From contig OZ250169.1 in the NCBI GenBank assembly GCA_965237955.1, forward strand, positions 6,272,001 to 6,336,000: a stretch of DNA of 64,000 bases, given 5' to 3'. Made by a program: the position numbers and the translations under genes. The DNA is from Candidatus Marinacidobacterales bacterium (GTDB lineage: Bacteria; Acidobacteriota; Vicinamibacteria; Marinacidobacterales; SMYC01). The notes below the pieces were generated by a model that was not told the origin of the DNA, did no database searches, and saw nothing but the letters and a program-made list of their open reading frames with translations. This document shows, piece after piece, positions 31,464 through 41,685 of the stretch. Each line of letters starts with the position of its first letter. Within the stretch, counting starts at the first letter, position 1.

Positions 31464-32662
31464 GAACCGAAGATGCCGTTTTCACGGAGTCTTCGGAGCG
31501 TTTGGTCGTCCACCCCGAGCCGCTCCCTCAGAACCGACTCCGTGTGCTCCCCTAACATCGGCGGTGGAAGGTGGTCGCGCTCGCCGGCTTCCGAGAGTTT
31601 GATGGGGTTCCCCGTCAGAGGAAGCGCTCCGAGCTTCGGGTGATCGACGCTCAACCGCATATTGCGGGGCTCGACCTGGGGGTTCGCAAATACTTCGGCA
31701 ACATTCCGAACTCTCCCGACGGGAATTCCCTCCTCGTCGAGGATCTCGACCCACGCATCGGTCGTCTTCGACGCGAAGATCGGTTGGAGGAGAGCGCGAA
31801 GCTCACCGTAACGCATGACTCGATCGGAGTTGATCTCGAACTCCGGAACGTCCAAAGGGGCCAACTCGGCAACGGCCACGAGTCGTTTCCACAGTGAGTC
31901 GTTGCCCGCTCCTATTATCACGTAGGAGTCCTTGGTGCGGAACGTCTCGTACGGTGTCAGGGACGAGTGACGGTTCCCGAGCCGCGTGGGAACATCCCCC
32001 GTCATCAGATACCCCTGAGCCTGATAGCACAACGTGGCGAGAACGCTGTCGAACAGAGCTACATCGATGCGCTCGCCTTCATCGGTTTTCTCGCGACGGT
32101 AGAGCGACGCGAGGATACCCTCACACGCCATCATGCCGGTGAAGATATCGGCGAGCGACGCGCCGACTTTCATGGGCATGCCGTCGGGCTCGCCGGTAAG
32201 TCCCATCCAACCGCCTTCTCCTTGCATCACCGCGTCGTAGCCGGGTCGTTCCCGAAGCGGTCCCGTTTGCCCATATCCGGAGAGCGAGCAGTAGATGAGT
32301 GCCGGGTGCCGCTCCTTGAGAGATTCGTAGTCGAAACCGAGACGCTCCATCGCTCCCGGGCGAAAATTTTCGATGAGCACGTCCGCTTGTTCGACCAAGC
32401 GGAAGAGAATGTCTTTGCCTTCGTCTTTTTTCAGGTCCAGGCACAGACTCTTCTTGTTCCGGTTGACGGCGAGAAAGTAAGCGCTTTCGCCGTCGATGAA
32501 CGGTGGTCCCCAATGACGGCAATCATCTCCGCGGGGAGGCTCGACTTTGAAAATTTCCGCCCCGAGATCCCCGAGTATCATCGTGCAGTACGGACCCGCG
32601 AGGATACGGGACAAGTCGACTACGGTAACGCCGTCGAGCGAGAGTGTCACAGGGCTTACCAT
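31460..32662 (-). CDS. CoA-transferase family III (CaiB/BaiF)
   Basis: DLSRILAGP, LGDLGAE, NRNKKS, ENFRPG, PPMLGEHT. Confidence 0.92.
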   Translation of the reverse strand: MVSPVTLSLDGVTVVDLSRILAGPYCTMILGDLGAEIFKVEPPRGDDCRHWGPPFIDGESAYFLAVNRNKKSLCLDLKKDEGKDILFRLVEQADVLIENFRPGAMERLGFDYESLKERHPALIYCSLSGYGQTGPLRERPGYDAVMQGEGGWMGLTGEPDGMPMKVGASLADIFTGMMACEGILASLYRREKTDEGERIDVALFDSVLATLCYQAQGYLMTGDVPTRLGNRHSSLTPYETFRTKDSYVIIGAGNDSLWKRLVAVAELAPLDVPEFEINSDRVMRYGELRALLQPIFASKTTDAWVEILDEEGIPVGRVRNVAEVFANPQVEPRNMRLSVDHPKLGALPLTGNPIKLSEAGERDHLPPPMLGEHTESVLRERLGVDDQTLRRLRENGIFGS

Positions 32663-32664
32663 AG

Positions 32665-32863
32665 CAGCATCCAGCATCCAGCATCCAGCACTCAGTTCAA
32701 ACCACGGCGCGCCGGTAAGCGGACCGGCGTCGCTAGCGTAGGCCTTGCTGCTAAGGCAAGCTGTTTTTCTCGCGGAACCGTCGCGCGTTACCGGCAGGAA
32801 GGTTGTTTATCGCGCGGTGCCGCTTACTTGCGCGGCGTCATGTGAGCTGGATGCTGGATGCTG
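32665..32863. repeat. Composite palindromic element with (CAGCATC)n arms
   Basis: CAGCATCCAGCATCCAGCATCCAGCA ... GCTGGATGCTGGATGCTG inverted arms with inner GTAAGCGG/CCGCTTAC pairing. Confidence 0.7.
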
Positions 32864-32866
32864 AAT

Positions 32867-33626
32867 CTATTTACGATAACGTAGAGCAAGTGCCGTCACG
32901 TTATCCTTACCGCCATTCTCATTCGCAGTCTGTATCAGCTCGCGGACGAGGTCCTCGAGCGATCCGTTCGAGGCAACGAGCATCTCTTCGATGGTGCGAT
33001 CTGGAATCATCCCGTGAAGAGCATCCGAGCAGAGGAGATAGAGGTCGTTGTCTTCCAAGTCGTGTTCCTGGACGGAGACGTCGAGGTTCTCCTTCGCGCC
33101 GATCGCCTTGGTGATAATGTTCTTCATCGGGTGGCTTTCGGCTTCTTCAGGGAGCAGAACACCTTCATCGACGGCTGCCTGGACCAGGAATCGTCGACGG
33201 TCATCTGCCGGAAATCCTCGCCACGGAGCCGGTACGCGCGGCTATCGCCGGCGCTCACGAAACTAATGCTCTGGTCGTTCACGAGCGCAGCGACGATCGT
33301 GGTGCCCATGCCGGTGTAGTCCTGGCGATTGTCCGCCTCTTTCCATACGCGCTTGTTTGCAAGCATGACCGGGTAGCCAGGCGGTTGGCGTTCAACGAAA
33401 GTTTGGGGTCAACACCGTAAGGCCAAGTGATCTCGTCTTCTTCCTTGGACCGCTGCACGAAGTTCCCGACCGTCTCGACCGTAAGGCGTGAGGCGATCTC
33501 GCCGGCGTTGTGCCCACCCATGCCATCGGCAACCACGAACAGGCCAACCGTGCTATCAACGAGGAGACTATCCTCGTTGAGCTTGCGCCGGAGCCCAACG
33601 TCTGTTGCACCAAAGCTTTCGATCAT
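32867..33626 (-). pseudogene. PP2C-type Ser/Thr phosphatase (Stp1 family) split by two frameshifts
   Basis: [42 protein letters not shown] spread over three frames; shifts near 33372 and 33184. Confidence 0.85.
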
Positions 33627-33755
33627 TTCACTCTCCGGCTAATCGGTTGGTCGAGCCATCGGCCGTTGGCATTGGATTGGACGAGAGATCTTAAGGAACA
33701 GGATAACACTCATGTTTGCAGTCTTTCAAGGGAGTCACCGAATTTTCGGTCGCGA

Positions 33756-33784
33756 TTGACAGTCATCCCGGGGCCTTATAAACT
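33756..33784 (+). promoter_or_regulatory. Sigma70-like promoter TTGACA-N17-TAAACT
   Basis: TTGACA 33756-33761, 17-nt spacer, TAAACT 33779-33784 (inside the IS target duplication). Confidence 0.65.
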
Positions 33785-33786
33785 GA

Positions 33787-35506
33787 GCCTCTCCTGCCAT
33801 TTCAGTGGATCCTCTCGAGGGTGAGACCGCCACAGTTTAGGTAGACGAGACTGATGAGAGCTTCGGCAGAGTGGAGTCCAAAGCTGCCGGTGGCTCAGCA
33901 GCCGGATTTTGTTGTTCATTCCTTCGAGTCGGCCGTTGCTGAGTCTCCACGTGACCCACGCGATGACGCCATCGAAGTGGCTGCGGATCATCTTCGCCGC
34001 GCGTTTGACGGGCTCTATCCTCGAGCTCATAGCGCGCCGCAGCCATCCTCGGAGAAACTTCTTGGCCCATGTCTCGGTTTTGTAGGTGTAGAGGTCCATG
34101 AAGTCGTCGCGCAGAAGCATGGCGCGGTAGAGGCGACGATTAGCTCGCACCTGCTCGCGGAGCACCCGTTTGTCTTTCGCGCTGCGGTTGTGTTTGGCCT
34201 TGAGAAGGGGAAACTTGGTGTTCTTGAGGTTGCGCCGGGCAGTCCCTTTGAGCTCGCGCACCAGCTCGCGCCGGGTCTTATCCACGGCCTCGTTCAGATG
34301 CTTGACGATGTGGAAGCGGTCAAAGATCACCCGTGCCTGAGGAGCCTTTTTGCCGACGGCAGTTATGTACGGCTCCCACATGTCCATGCTGACCGCTTCG
34401 AGCTCCGCGGCTCTTTGTGGTCCGAGCTTGCGGAAAAACCGCAGCAGCGTCTTGGCCTTGCGCTCCTTTCCCGCCCAGACGACCCGGCCGCTGAGATGGT
34501 CTATTACCACTGTTAAGTACTTGTGGCGTTTGCGGTAGCTGATCTCGTCCATCCCAATCACCCGCAATCCATCGAGCTCGCGCCGCTCATCCCGCTGCTC
34601 GGCAACCACTCGCTGGATGATCCGTCGCACCGAACGCCACGTCACTCGGAAATAGTTCGCTACGGCGCTGACGTCCGTCCTCTGTGCCAGCCACGCTACC
34701 TCTTGTTCGAAGCTTTTGGTAAAGCGGCTTCCCTTGTCTGCCCAAGGCACCTTTTCTCTGACCACTCCACACCGCCGACATACTACTCGTCGGATCGAGT
34801 AGCGAAGATAGGTCCGGACTCCGAACAGGTCCAAGTGCCGCCAGTAGCGATTGTAGCGATCTTTGTTCTTGCGGACCTTTCGTCCGCAAATCCCGCACAG
34901 AGGCTTCCTCCTCCGTGGTACTACATCCACCACCACTCTGGCTTTGTCCGCCTGGAAGTGGAAACCTCGGACCCACAGGCCTTGCAATCCGATGAGCTTG
35001 TTGACTAACGTAGTAACGCGCATCGCGGGAACGCTCTTTTCTCTTTCGGAAAAAAAGATTCTAGCGTTCTCGCCGATGCGCATCTACACATGGCTTACCC
35101 TCTCAACCCACGGGCCTCACCAAATGCCACTGCCCCTCAGCGGGAGACGAGGCTGTGGGAAACGCCCCCACGGTTCTGGTCGTTCAGACCTTGCTCACGA
35201 CTGAGTTCTCTTCGAAGCCTGGAAGGGCGTTTTCCATAGCCTCCACTAATCGAGCCCCCCCTTCCTTATTCCATATGAATTAATCTTTCTTGTATATATA
35301 TCAGGAGGGGCCTGTGGGCGCTCGTGGGAAACGCGAAGCGTTTTCCAAGCGATTGTGGAAAACGCCGCTCCACGTTTGTACGTGCTCACAACCTTTCCCT
35401 AAACGCCTCTCTCGCCCGGAGTTTCCGGCGTTTTCCACAATCGCGGCAGCGTCCATAGGCCATGCCCTCCAACACAAATCAGATCCCCCGAAACGACAGG
35501 AGAACC
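33787..35506 (-). mobile_element. Complete ISL3-family insertion sequence (1720 bp) with 8-bp target duplication TAAACTGA
   Basis: Imperfect IRs GCCTCTCCTGCCATTTCAGTGGATC / GGTTCTCCTGTCGTTTCGGGGGATC (19/25 match); TAAACTGA at 33779-33786 and 35507-35514. Confidence 0.92.
33802..35023 (-). CDS. ISL3 transposase with a +1 frameshift near the C-terminus
   Basis: Zn-finger CGIC...CRRC, GMDEIS, SMDMW, FDRFH, NGRLEGMNNKI; the canonical tail SFGLHSAEALISLVYLNCGG is in another frame after about 33886. Confidence 0.9.
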
Positions 35507-35547
35507 TAAACTGAAATCTCCCGCGTACGCAAAAACTTCGGATCGAG

Positions 35548-36261
35548 ATGTCTCGCTATCGCGCTCTCCTGGTAGAGCCCAACACGGAGTTCAGACGCAT
35601 CTTCTGCGACTACCTGAATCGCTCCGGGCTCGAAATCGTCGACGCTATCGACGCCGGCGGCGCACTCGAGACCGCACGCCGGGAACGCCCGGACATGATT
35701 GCCACCGAAGACGAGCTTCCCGGCGGAGCGTCCGGGCTGGAGCTCGTACGCGCGCTTCGTGCCGAGGCAGATTTGAAGAGCATTCCCGTCCTGATGCTCT
35801 CGGGCACGGTCACACCGGAAGAGCGCTTGGATGCGCTGACGTCGGGGGCCGACGACTACCTGTTGAAGCCGTTCAGCATGCGCGAGCTCATCTACCGTTG
35901 CGAGCGGCTCATCGCTTACTATCGCCGGAACGAGCCCGGCGAGCTCTCGGGCGATCTCGCACGCTTCAAGAGCACCGACGTCCTGCAGATGCTCGAGGCC
36001 AATCAGGCGACCGGCGTCCTCCACATCGATGGCGATCACAACGGTGAGATCCATCTTTTGGACGGCTACATCTGTGGGTGCTTCTCCGACGAGTACAAAG
36101 GCGAGGAAGCCGCCTACCGCCTCATCCCGGTACGGAACGGGCGCTTCCACTTCGTGCGCTCCAATATCCGCAGCAACATCCAGTCGGTTCGCTCGACGAC
36201 GGAGTTCATGATGGAAGCTCTACGGCGTCACGACGAAGGCGCCAAACAGCCGGCTAGTTGA
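35548..36261 (+). CDS. Response regulator with C-terminal DUF4388 domain
   Basis: Receiver fold (RPDMI, IPVLMLS, GADDYLLKPF) plus LSGDLARFKSTDVLQMLEANQATGVL; receiver acidic residues atypical (VEP, ATED). Confidence 0.85.
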   Translation: MSRYRALLVEPNTEFRRIFCDYLNRSGLEIVDAIDAGGALETARRERPDMIATEDELPGGASGLELVRALRAEADLKSIPVLMLSGTVTPEERLDALTSGADDYLLKPFSMRELIYRCERLIAYYRRNEPGELSGDLARFKSTDVLQMLEANQATGVLHIDGDHNGEIHLLDGYICGCFSDEYKGEEAAYRLIPVRNGRFHFVRSNIRSNIQSVRSTTEFMMEALRRHDEGAKQPAS

Positions 36262-36264
36262 TCC

Positions 36265-36295
36265 GCCGTCAGCCATCGGCCATCAGCCATCGGCC
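36265..36295. repeat. Heptamer tandem array between convergent genes
   Basis: GCCGTCAGCCATCGGCCATCAGCCATCGGCC. Confidence 0.75.
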
Positions 36296-36305
36296 GAAGG
36301 CGGAT

Positions 36306-37367
36306 CTAGAATAGACTCACCTTAATCCTCAAATACTTCCTCGGATCCTCTCGTATATCGGCAAGAAGGCCCTGGAGCTCGGCTGCGGTCTTGTTGAGGT
36401 TGTCGTATAGCTCGCGGTCGTGGACGAGCTGGCCGGCAGTGCCATCGCCTCGCTCAATACGGGCTGCGACCGATGCGAAGTTGGCCGCGAGAGAGTCCAG
36501 CCGATCGTAGAGGGCGCGCTCGCGAATGAGGGCGCCCAACGTTCCCTCGCCTTGGTTGACTCGATCGGTCACCTTCGCGAGGTTCTCCGTCGTGCGCGCT
36601 ATCTGACGTCCCACTTCACGATCGTGCACCAACTTTCCGATGGCACCGTCGCCGGTGTCGATGCGCACCACCAGGTCCTTCATGGTGACGACGAGCTGGT
36701 TGAGATTGTCGTAGATCTGCGGATCGTGGATGAGCTTGCCGAAGGTACCTTCCTGTCGATCGAGACTCGTGAACACGTCTACGGCTTTGTCGATGAGCGC
36801 AAGGAGCTTGTCGTGGAGCTCTTCTCGCTTCAACAACGCGCCGAGCGTTCCCTCACCTTCCTGAATCTCGCGCGCGAGGTCGCGAATGTCTTTCATCGTT
36901 CGCGACGCATCCAGAATGATGCCCTTGATCGGGTCCCCCTCGGCTTCTCCGGGGATCTCCCCTCGGTCCGGAATCGATGTCCCGCCGGGCGGACCCGGGT
37001 CCACATCCAGCATTTTCTCGCCCAACACACCGAGGCTTCCCACCGTCACCAGTGAGTTCGTCGTGATCCGCTCCTGGATATCGGTACGAAGCGTCATCGT
37101 CACTTTCACCGGTGCAGGGTCACCAGGCTCCGCGAACTCGACGCGGTTCACCGAGCCAACCTCCACTCCCGAGAGGTGAATCGGAGAGCCCACCTTCAGC
37201 CCGTTGACGTCGCGCAAATAGCTGTGCACCGTGTACTGCCCACCCAGAAACGGCAACCCGCCTTCACGGGTGATGTAGAGCGTCGCTGCCATCGCGATGG
37301 TGAGCGCAATCGCGACGACGATACCGACTCGAAGCTCGGCGTAGGAAATCGATTGTTTAGCTGGCAT
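36306..37367 (-). CDS. mlaD: MCE/MlaD family protein with long helical extension
   Basis: ELRVG TM, GLKVGSPIHLSGVEVG, GVLGEK, repeated GEGTLG helical units. Confidence 0.88.
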   Translation of the reverse strand: MPAKQSISYAELRVGIVVAIALTIAMAATLYITREGGLPFLGGQYTVHSYLRDVNGLKVGSPIHLSGVEVGSVNRVEFAEPGDPAPVKVTMTLRTDIQERITTNSLVTVGSLGVLGEKMLDVDPGPPGGTSIPDRGEIPGEAEGDPIKGIILDASRTMKDIRDLAREIQEGEGTLGALLKREELHDKLLALIDKAVDVFTSLDRQEGTFGKLIHDPQIYDNLNQLVVTMKDLVVRIDTGDGAIGKLVHDREVGRQIARTTENLAKVTDRVNQGEGTLGALIRERALYDRLDSLAANFASVAARIERGDGTAGQLVHDRELYDNLNKTAAELQGLLADIREDPRKYLRIKVSLF

Positions 37368-37373
37368 CGTTGA

Positions 37374-38207
37374 CTACCTCCCGAAAGCAGGAATCTGTCC
37401 TTCCAGAAATTGGCGAACGTAGGGATCATCCGAGCGAAACAGATCTCGTTGTCGTCCTTGGAAAACGATCTGCCCTTGGTTCAACATGAGAAAATCGGTA
37501 CCGACGAGACGCTCGATGTCGTCGATGTGGTTGTAGACGAAATCGCCGTTTCTCCTCATCACGAAGCTCTGTGCGACTTGGAACGCGTCGCGCAGCTGGT
37601 GAGTGACGAGCACCGACGTTGCCCCTTCCAGATCACGGAGTTTCACGATCAGGTCGCAGATCGTAGAACCAATGATGGGATCGAGACCCGTCGTGGGCTC
37701 GTCGTAGAGGATCATCTCCGGGTTGTGCGCCATCGCGCGGGCGACCGCGACCCGGCGCCTCTGACCTCCGGACAAATCCGAAGGGCCCCGCTCGTAGAAC
37801 TCAACCAGCCCGACGAAGCCCAGCATCCGAGAGACCCTCGCTTCGAACTCTTCTTCCGAGAGGTCGCCGTGCTCGCGCAACCGGAACCCGACGTTCTCGG
37901 CGACCGAGAGCGAGTCGAACAAGGCCCCCTCCTGAAAGACCATTCCGATGTGCTCGCGTACTCTCATCAGCTCACGCTCGCGCATGTGGCTGATGTCGAC
38001 GCCGCCCACCTCGATCGTCCCCGACTCGACCTTGATGAGCCCGAGCACCAGCTTCAGGATCGTCGATTTCCCCGAGCCGCTTCCGCCAAGGATGATCTCG
38101 GTGCCGCCGGCAGTGACATCGAAACTGATGTCTTTCAACGTGTAGTCGTCGTTACCGGGATACGCGTAGTAGACGTTTTGAAACGATATGGCCGCTCGCG
38201 TCATCAC
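37374..38207 (-). CDS. mlaF: MlaF-like ABC transporter ATP-binding protein
   Basis: GGSGSGKST, FQEGALFDSL, LSGGQRRR, YDEPTTGLDP. Confidence 0.88.
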   Translation of the reverse strand: MMTRAAISFQNVYYAYPGNDDYTLKDISFDVTAGGTEIILGGSGSGKSTILKLVLGLIKVESGTIEVGGVDISHMRERELMRVREHIGMVFQEGALFDSLSVAENVGFRLREHGDLSEEEFEARVSRMLGFVGLVEFYERGPSDLSGGQRRRVAVARAMAHNPEMILYDEPTTGLDPIIGSTICDLIVKLRDLEGATSVLVTHQLRDAFQVAQSFVMRRNGDFVYNHIDDIERLVGTDFLMLNQGQIVFQGRQRDLFRSDDPYVRQFLEGQIPAFGR

Positions 38208-38232
38208 TCAGTGCTCAGTGCTCAGTGCTCAG
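38207..38232. repeat. Heptamer array (CTCAGTG)n filling the mlaE-mlaF spacer
   Basis: CTCAGTGCTCAGTGCTCAGTGCTCAG. Confidence 0.75.
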
Positions 38233-39005
38233 GCGTAGACGAACTTCAAGATCAACACGTTCAAAAAGTAATCGGAGACGAGGATGAGCACGGACGCGAC
38301 GACGACCGACTGGGTCGTCGACTCCCCGACTCCTCTAGTTCCCCCAGTGGTGGTGAGCCCCTGGTAACAGCCGACGGACACGATGATGAACCCGAAGACC
38401 AGCGGCTTGACGAGACCCATGAACATGTCCTGCATCTTGATGGCCTCGAGCGCGGAGCGCCAGTATAGTCCCGTCCCGAGCCGAAGGGTAAACTTCGCGA
38501 CCAGATATCCCCCGACCATCCCGACCGCGTCGCTCAAAATCGTCAACGTCGGAACCATCAACAGACCCGCGGCCATGCGTGGAGCAACGAGCTTCCGGAT
38601 CGGGTCCGTACCCAATGAGCGGAGCGCATCGATCTGCTGGGTCACCACCATCGAGCCGAGCTCGGCAGCTATCCCGGAGCCGACCCGTCCCGTCACCATC
38701 AGCGAGGTGAGGACCGGTCCGAGCTCGCGCAACATCGACAGCGACACCATGCGTCCCACGTAGGGCCGGGCTCCGAACGCGTCGAGCGTCGCCGAGCTTT
38801 GGACCGTCAGCACCATTCCTGTGAACAGTCCCGTCAACGTCACGATGGTGAGCGAGCCGACACCGATGGCATCCATTTGTTCCAACGTCTCCCGCCAATA
38901 CCGGGGCCTGGAAAAAAAGCTGGAAAACGCACCGTAGGTGAGCTTCGCATAGTTCTGAAGACTCAGGAGAGCGGACTTGAACCAACCGGAGAGTGCGTCG
39001 ATCAC
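38229..39005 (-). CDS. mlaE: MlaE family ABC permease
   Basis: [38 protein letters not shown]. Confidence 0.9.
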   Translation of the reverse strand: MIDALSGWFKSALLSLQNYAKLTYGAFSSFFSRPRYWRETLEQMDAIGVGSLTIVTLTGLFTGMVLTVQSSATLDAFGARPYVGRMVSLSMLRELGPVLTSLMVTGRVGSGIAAELGSMVVTQQIDALRSLGTDPIRKLVAPRMAAGLLMVPTLTILSDAVGMVGGYLVAKFTLRLGTGLYWRSALEAIKMQDMFMGLVKPLVFGFIIVSVGCYQGLTTTGGTRGVGESTTQSVVVASVLILVSDYFLNVLILKFVYA

Positions 39006-41035
39006 GAATCGAAGAGCTCCATCTGCTCGAGCTCACGAATGCGATCGCGGTGCTCAACCGCCTTTTCGAAATCGAGCTCTTTGGCCGCCTGTTTCATCGC
39101 TTTACGAGTCCTCTGAATCTCACGTTGGATCTCCTGTGGGCTTCCGAACAGCAGGCCTTCGTCCGAGAGCCTGTCGGCGGCGAGCTCCCCACCCGCTTCG
39201 GCACCCTCCCCGCCTCCGCCGATACCGCCCCGGATCGCCTTGACGATCGTCTCGGGGGTGATGCCGTGCTCGTCGTTATAGGTCTGCTGAAGCTGCCGGC
39301 GGCGGTCGGTCTCGTCGATCGCCCGCGTCATCGAATCAGTGCGTTTGTCGCCGTAGAGCAGAGCCATGCCGTTGACGTGCCGCGCCGCGCGACCGATCGT
39401 CTGGATGAGCGAGCCTGCCGAGCGCAAGAAGCCTTCTTTGTCGGCATCCAGAATCGCTACCAGCGACACCTCGGGAAGATCGAGGCCTTCTCTCAGCAGG
39501 TTGATGCCGATCAACACGTCGAACTCGCCGAGGCGTAGGTCCCGCAAAATCTCCACCCGCTCGAGCGTGTCGATGTCGGAGTGAAGATAGCGGCAGCGGA
39601 CTCCGAGCTCGGTGTAGTACTCGGTGAGGTCCTCGGCCATGCGCTTCGTCAGCGTGGTCACGAGGACACGTTCACTCTTTTCGACGCGCTGGCGGATCTC
39701 GTCTAGCAAGTCATCGACTTGTCCCACCACCGGGCGTACCTCGACCACGGGATCCATGAGCCCCGTCGGGCGGATGATCTGCTCGACGACCACGCCCTCG
39801 GTATGCTCGAGCTCGTAGGGGCCGGGCGTTGCCGACGCGTAGATCGTCTGGCCGATGCGTTTTTCGAACTCGGCGAAGTTCAGCGGCCGGTTGTCGAGCG
39901 CCGACGGCATGCGAAACCCGTACTCGACGAGCGTTTCCTTGCGCGAGCGGTCCCCGTGATACATGCCCCTGAGTTGGGGAACCGTCTGGTGCGACTCATC
40001 TATGACGAGCACCGTGTCCTTAGACAAGTAGTCCATCAACGTGGGAGGCGGCTGCCCCGGCTCGAGACCGGTGAAGTGACGCGAGTAGTTCTCGATGCCG
40101 TGACAGTAGCCGACTTCTTGGAGCATTTCGAGATCGAAGAGCGTGCGCTGCTGGATGCGCTGCGCTTCGAGGAGCTTGCCGTCGTTGTAGAGTTTCCGAT
40201 GAAACCAATCGAGCTCTTCTCGAATCGTCTGGATCGCCCGCATCGTCTTTTCGCGAGGCGCAACGTAATGAGTCTTCGGAAAGATGGTTACATGTTTCAG
40301 CGGCCAGAGTTTCTTGCCGGTGAGCGGATCGAACTGCGAAATCGCATCGACTTCGTCCCCGAACAGCTCGAGGCGCACACCGAGATCGGCGTACCCGGGA
40401 ATGATCTCGATGACGTCACCGCGAACTCGAAACGTCCCCCGAGCTAGATCGTAGTCGTTGCGCTCGTATTGAATCTCGACGAGTTTTCGCAGCACAAAGG
40501 AGCGGTCGACCTCGTCACCTTCTTCGATCCGTAGCAGCATCCCGTAGTACGCCTCGGGAGAGCCGAGGCCGTAGATGCACGACACACTCGCCACGATGAG
40601 AACGTCTTCACGTTCAAATAACGACCGCGTCGCCGACAGCCGCATACGATCGATCTCGTCGTTGATCGTCGCCTCTTTCTCGATGTAGGTGTCGCTCGCG
40701 GGAACGTACGCTTCGGGCTGGTAGTAGTCGTAGTAGCTGACGAAGTACTCGACCGCGTTGTCTGGGAAGAACTCTTTGAACTCCTGGAACAGCTGCGCCG
40801 CGAGCGTTTTGTTGTGGGCGATGACGAGCGTCGGACGATTGACCGCTTCGATGACCTTGGCGACGGTGAAGGTCTTTCCCGATCCGGTGACGCCGAGCAG
40901 GACGTGGTCTTTGTCGCCTCGCTCGAGGCTTTCGGTCAGCTCCTCGATCGCTCTCGGTTGATCGCCTTGGGGCTCGTAGCTCGAGGAGACGCGAAACGCG
41001 CCGGAGCGCCTAGTCGGCAGAGGATGCGTCGCCAT
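39002..41035 (-). CDS. uvrB: Excinuclease ABC subunit B
   Basis: [41 protein letters not shown]-terminal UVR domain. Confidence 0.97.
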   Translation of the reverse strand: MATHPLPTRRSGAFRVSSSYEPQGDQPRAIEELTESLERGDKDHVLLGVTGSGKTFTVAKVIEAVNRPTLVIAHNKTLAAQLFQEFKEFFPDNAVEYFVSYYDYYQPEAYVPASDTYIEKEATINDEIDRMRLSATRSLFEREDVLIVASVSCIYGLGSPEAYYGMLLRIEEGDEVDRSFVLRKLVEIQYERNDYDLARGTFRVRGDVIEIIPGYADLGVRLELFGDEVDAISQFDPLTGKKLWPLKHVTIFPKTHYVAPREKTMRAIQTIREELDWFHRKLYNDGKLLEAQRIQQRTLFDLEMLQEVGYCHGIENYSRHFTGLEPGQPPPTLMDYLSKDTVLVIDESHQTVPQLRGMYHGDRSRKETLVEYGFRMPSALDNRPLNFAEFEKRIGQTIYASATPGPYELEHTEGVVVEQIIRPTGLMDPVVEVRPVVGQVDDLLDEIRQRVEKSERVLVTTLTKRMAEDLTEYYTELGVRCRYLHSDIDTLERVEILRDLRLGEFDVLIGINLLREGLDLPEVSLVAILDADKEGFLRSAGSLIQTIGRAARHVNGMALLYGDKRTDSMTRAIDETDRRRQLQQTYNDEHGITPETIVKAIRGGIGGGGEGAEAGGELAADRLSDEGLLFGSPQEIQREIQRTRKAMKQAAKELDFEKAVEHRDRIRELEQMELFDS

Positions 41036-41129
41036 GGGACGTGCTTATAAGTATCTAGAAAAAAGGAAGTTAGCACGCGGAAACGGAGCGGTCAAACCCC
41101 GTTTCGAAAGCGAGGGCAGGCGATTGCGA

Positions 41130-41480
41130 TCAGCCCGCGAGGGCGCCGCCCTTCTTCTTGTCGTAGAGGCGGAAGTCGTAGGTGCGGTCCTCTTCTTCGT
41201 CGAGGCGAATGCCCTCGTCGTGCGGGAACATGTGCACCGCGTCGTAATCGGGAGGACAGAACTTGACGCACAGCTGGCAACCAATGCAGGTATCGACGTC
41301 GACCTCGCACACCTCGCCCATGGCGCCCGGTTCCGGGTCGGGAACGAGGTAGATGCAATCCTGCACCGGGCAGACGTGAATGCACATCTCGCACCCGCGC
41401 CCGAAGCACTTCCCCTTGTCCACGAAGGCCAGGAGCTTCGGCACTTTCTTTCGAGGCCCGGTAATCAGCTTGTCTTGCAT
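41130..41480 (-). CDS. 4Fe-4S dicluster ferredoxin
   Basis: CFGRGCEMCIHVCP and CIGCQLCVKFCP. Confidence 0.85.
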   Translation of the reverse strand: MQDKLITGPRKKVPKLLAFVDKGKCFGRGCEMCIHVCPVQDCIYLVPDPEPGAMGEVCEVDVDTCIGCQLCVKFCPPDYDAVHMFPHDEGIRLDEEEDRTYDFRLYDKKKGGALAG

Positions 41481-41685
41481 CGAGTCGGCTCTCCTTCTTA
41501 GTCCTTAATGCTCGTTATGCCGAGCTCCTCGCTCACTCGCTGGGCCTCTCGTCGGCCCACTCGCGCACGGCGCTAGCGGTGCTTTCTCGAGCGCCCTGCT
41601 AGTGGCTCAATTATATCCAAATCGCATCGGAAAACACCAGATCTGCTGGCCCCGGCGGGTGCCAGCACCGTATACTTGTGGTGGC

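Noticed and set aside
41500-41600. GC-rich hairpins between the ferredoxin and ispH as ncRNA or tRNA
   Set aside because: No cloverleaf or recognisable riboswitch consensus; single copy in the window.
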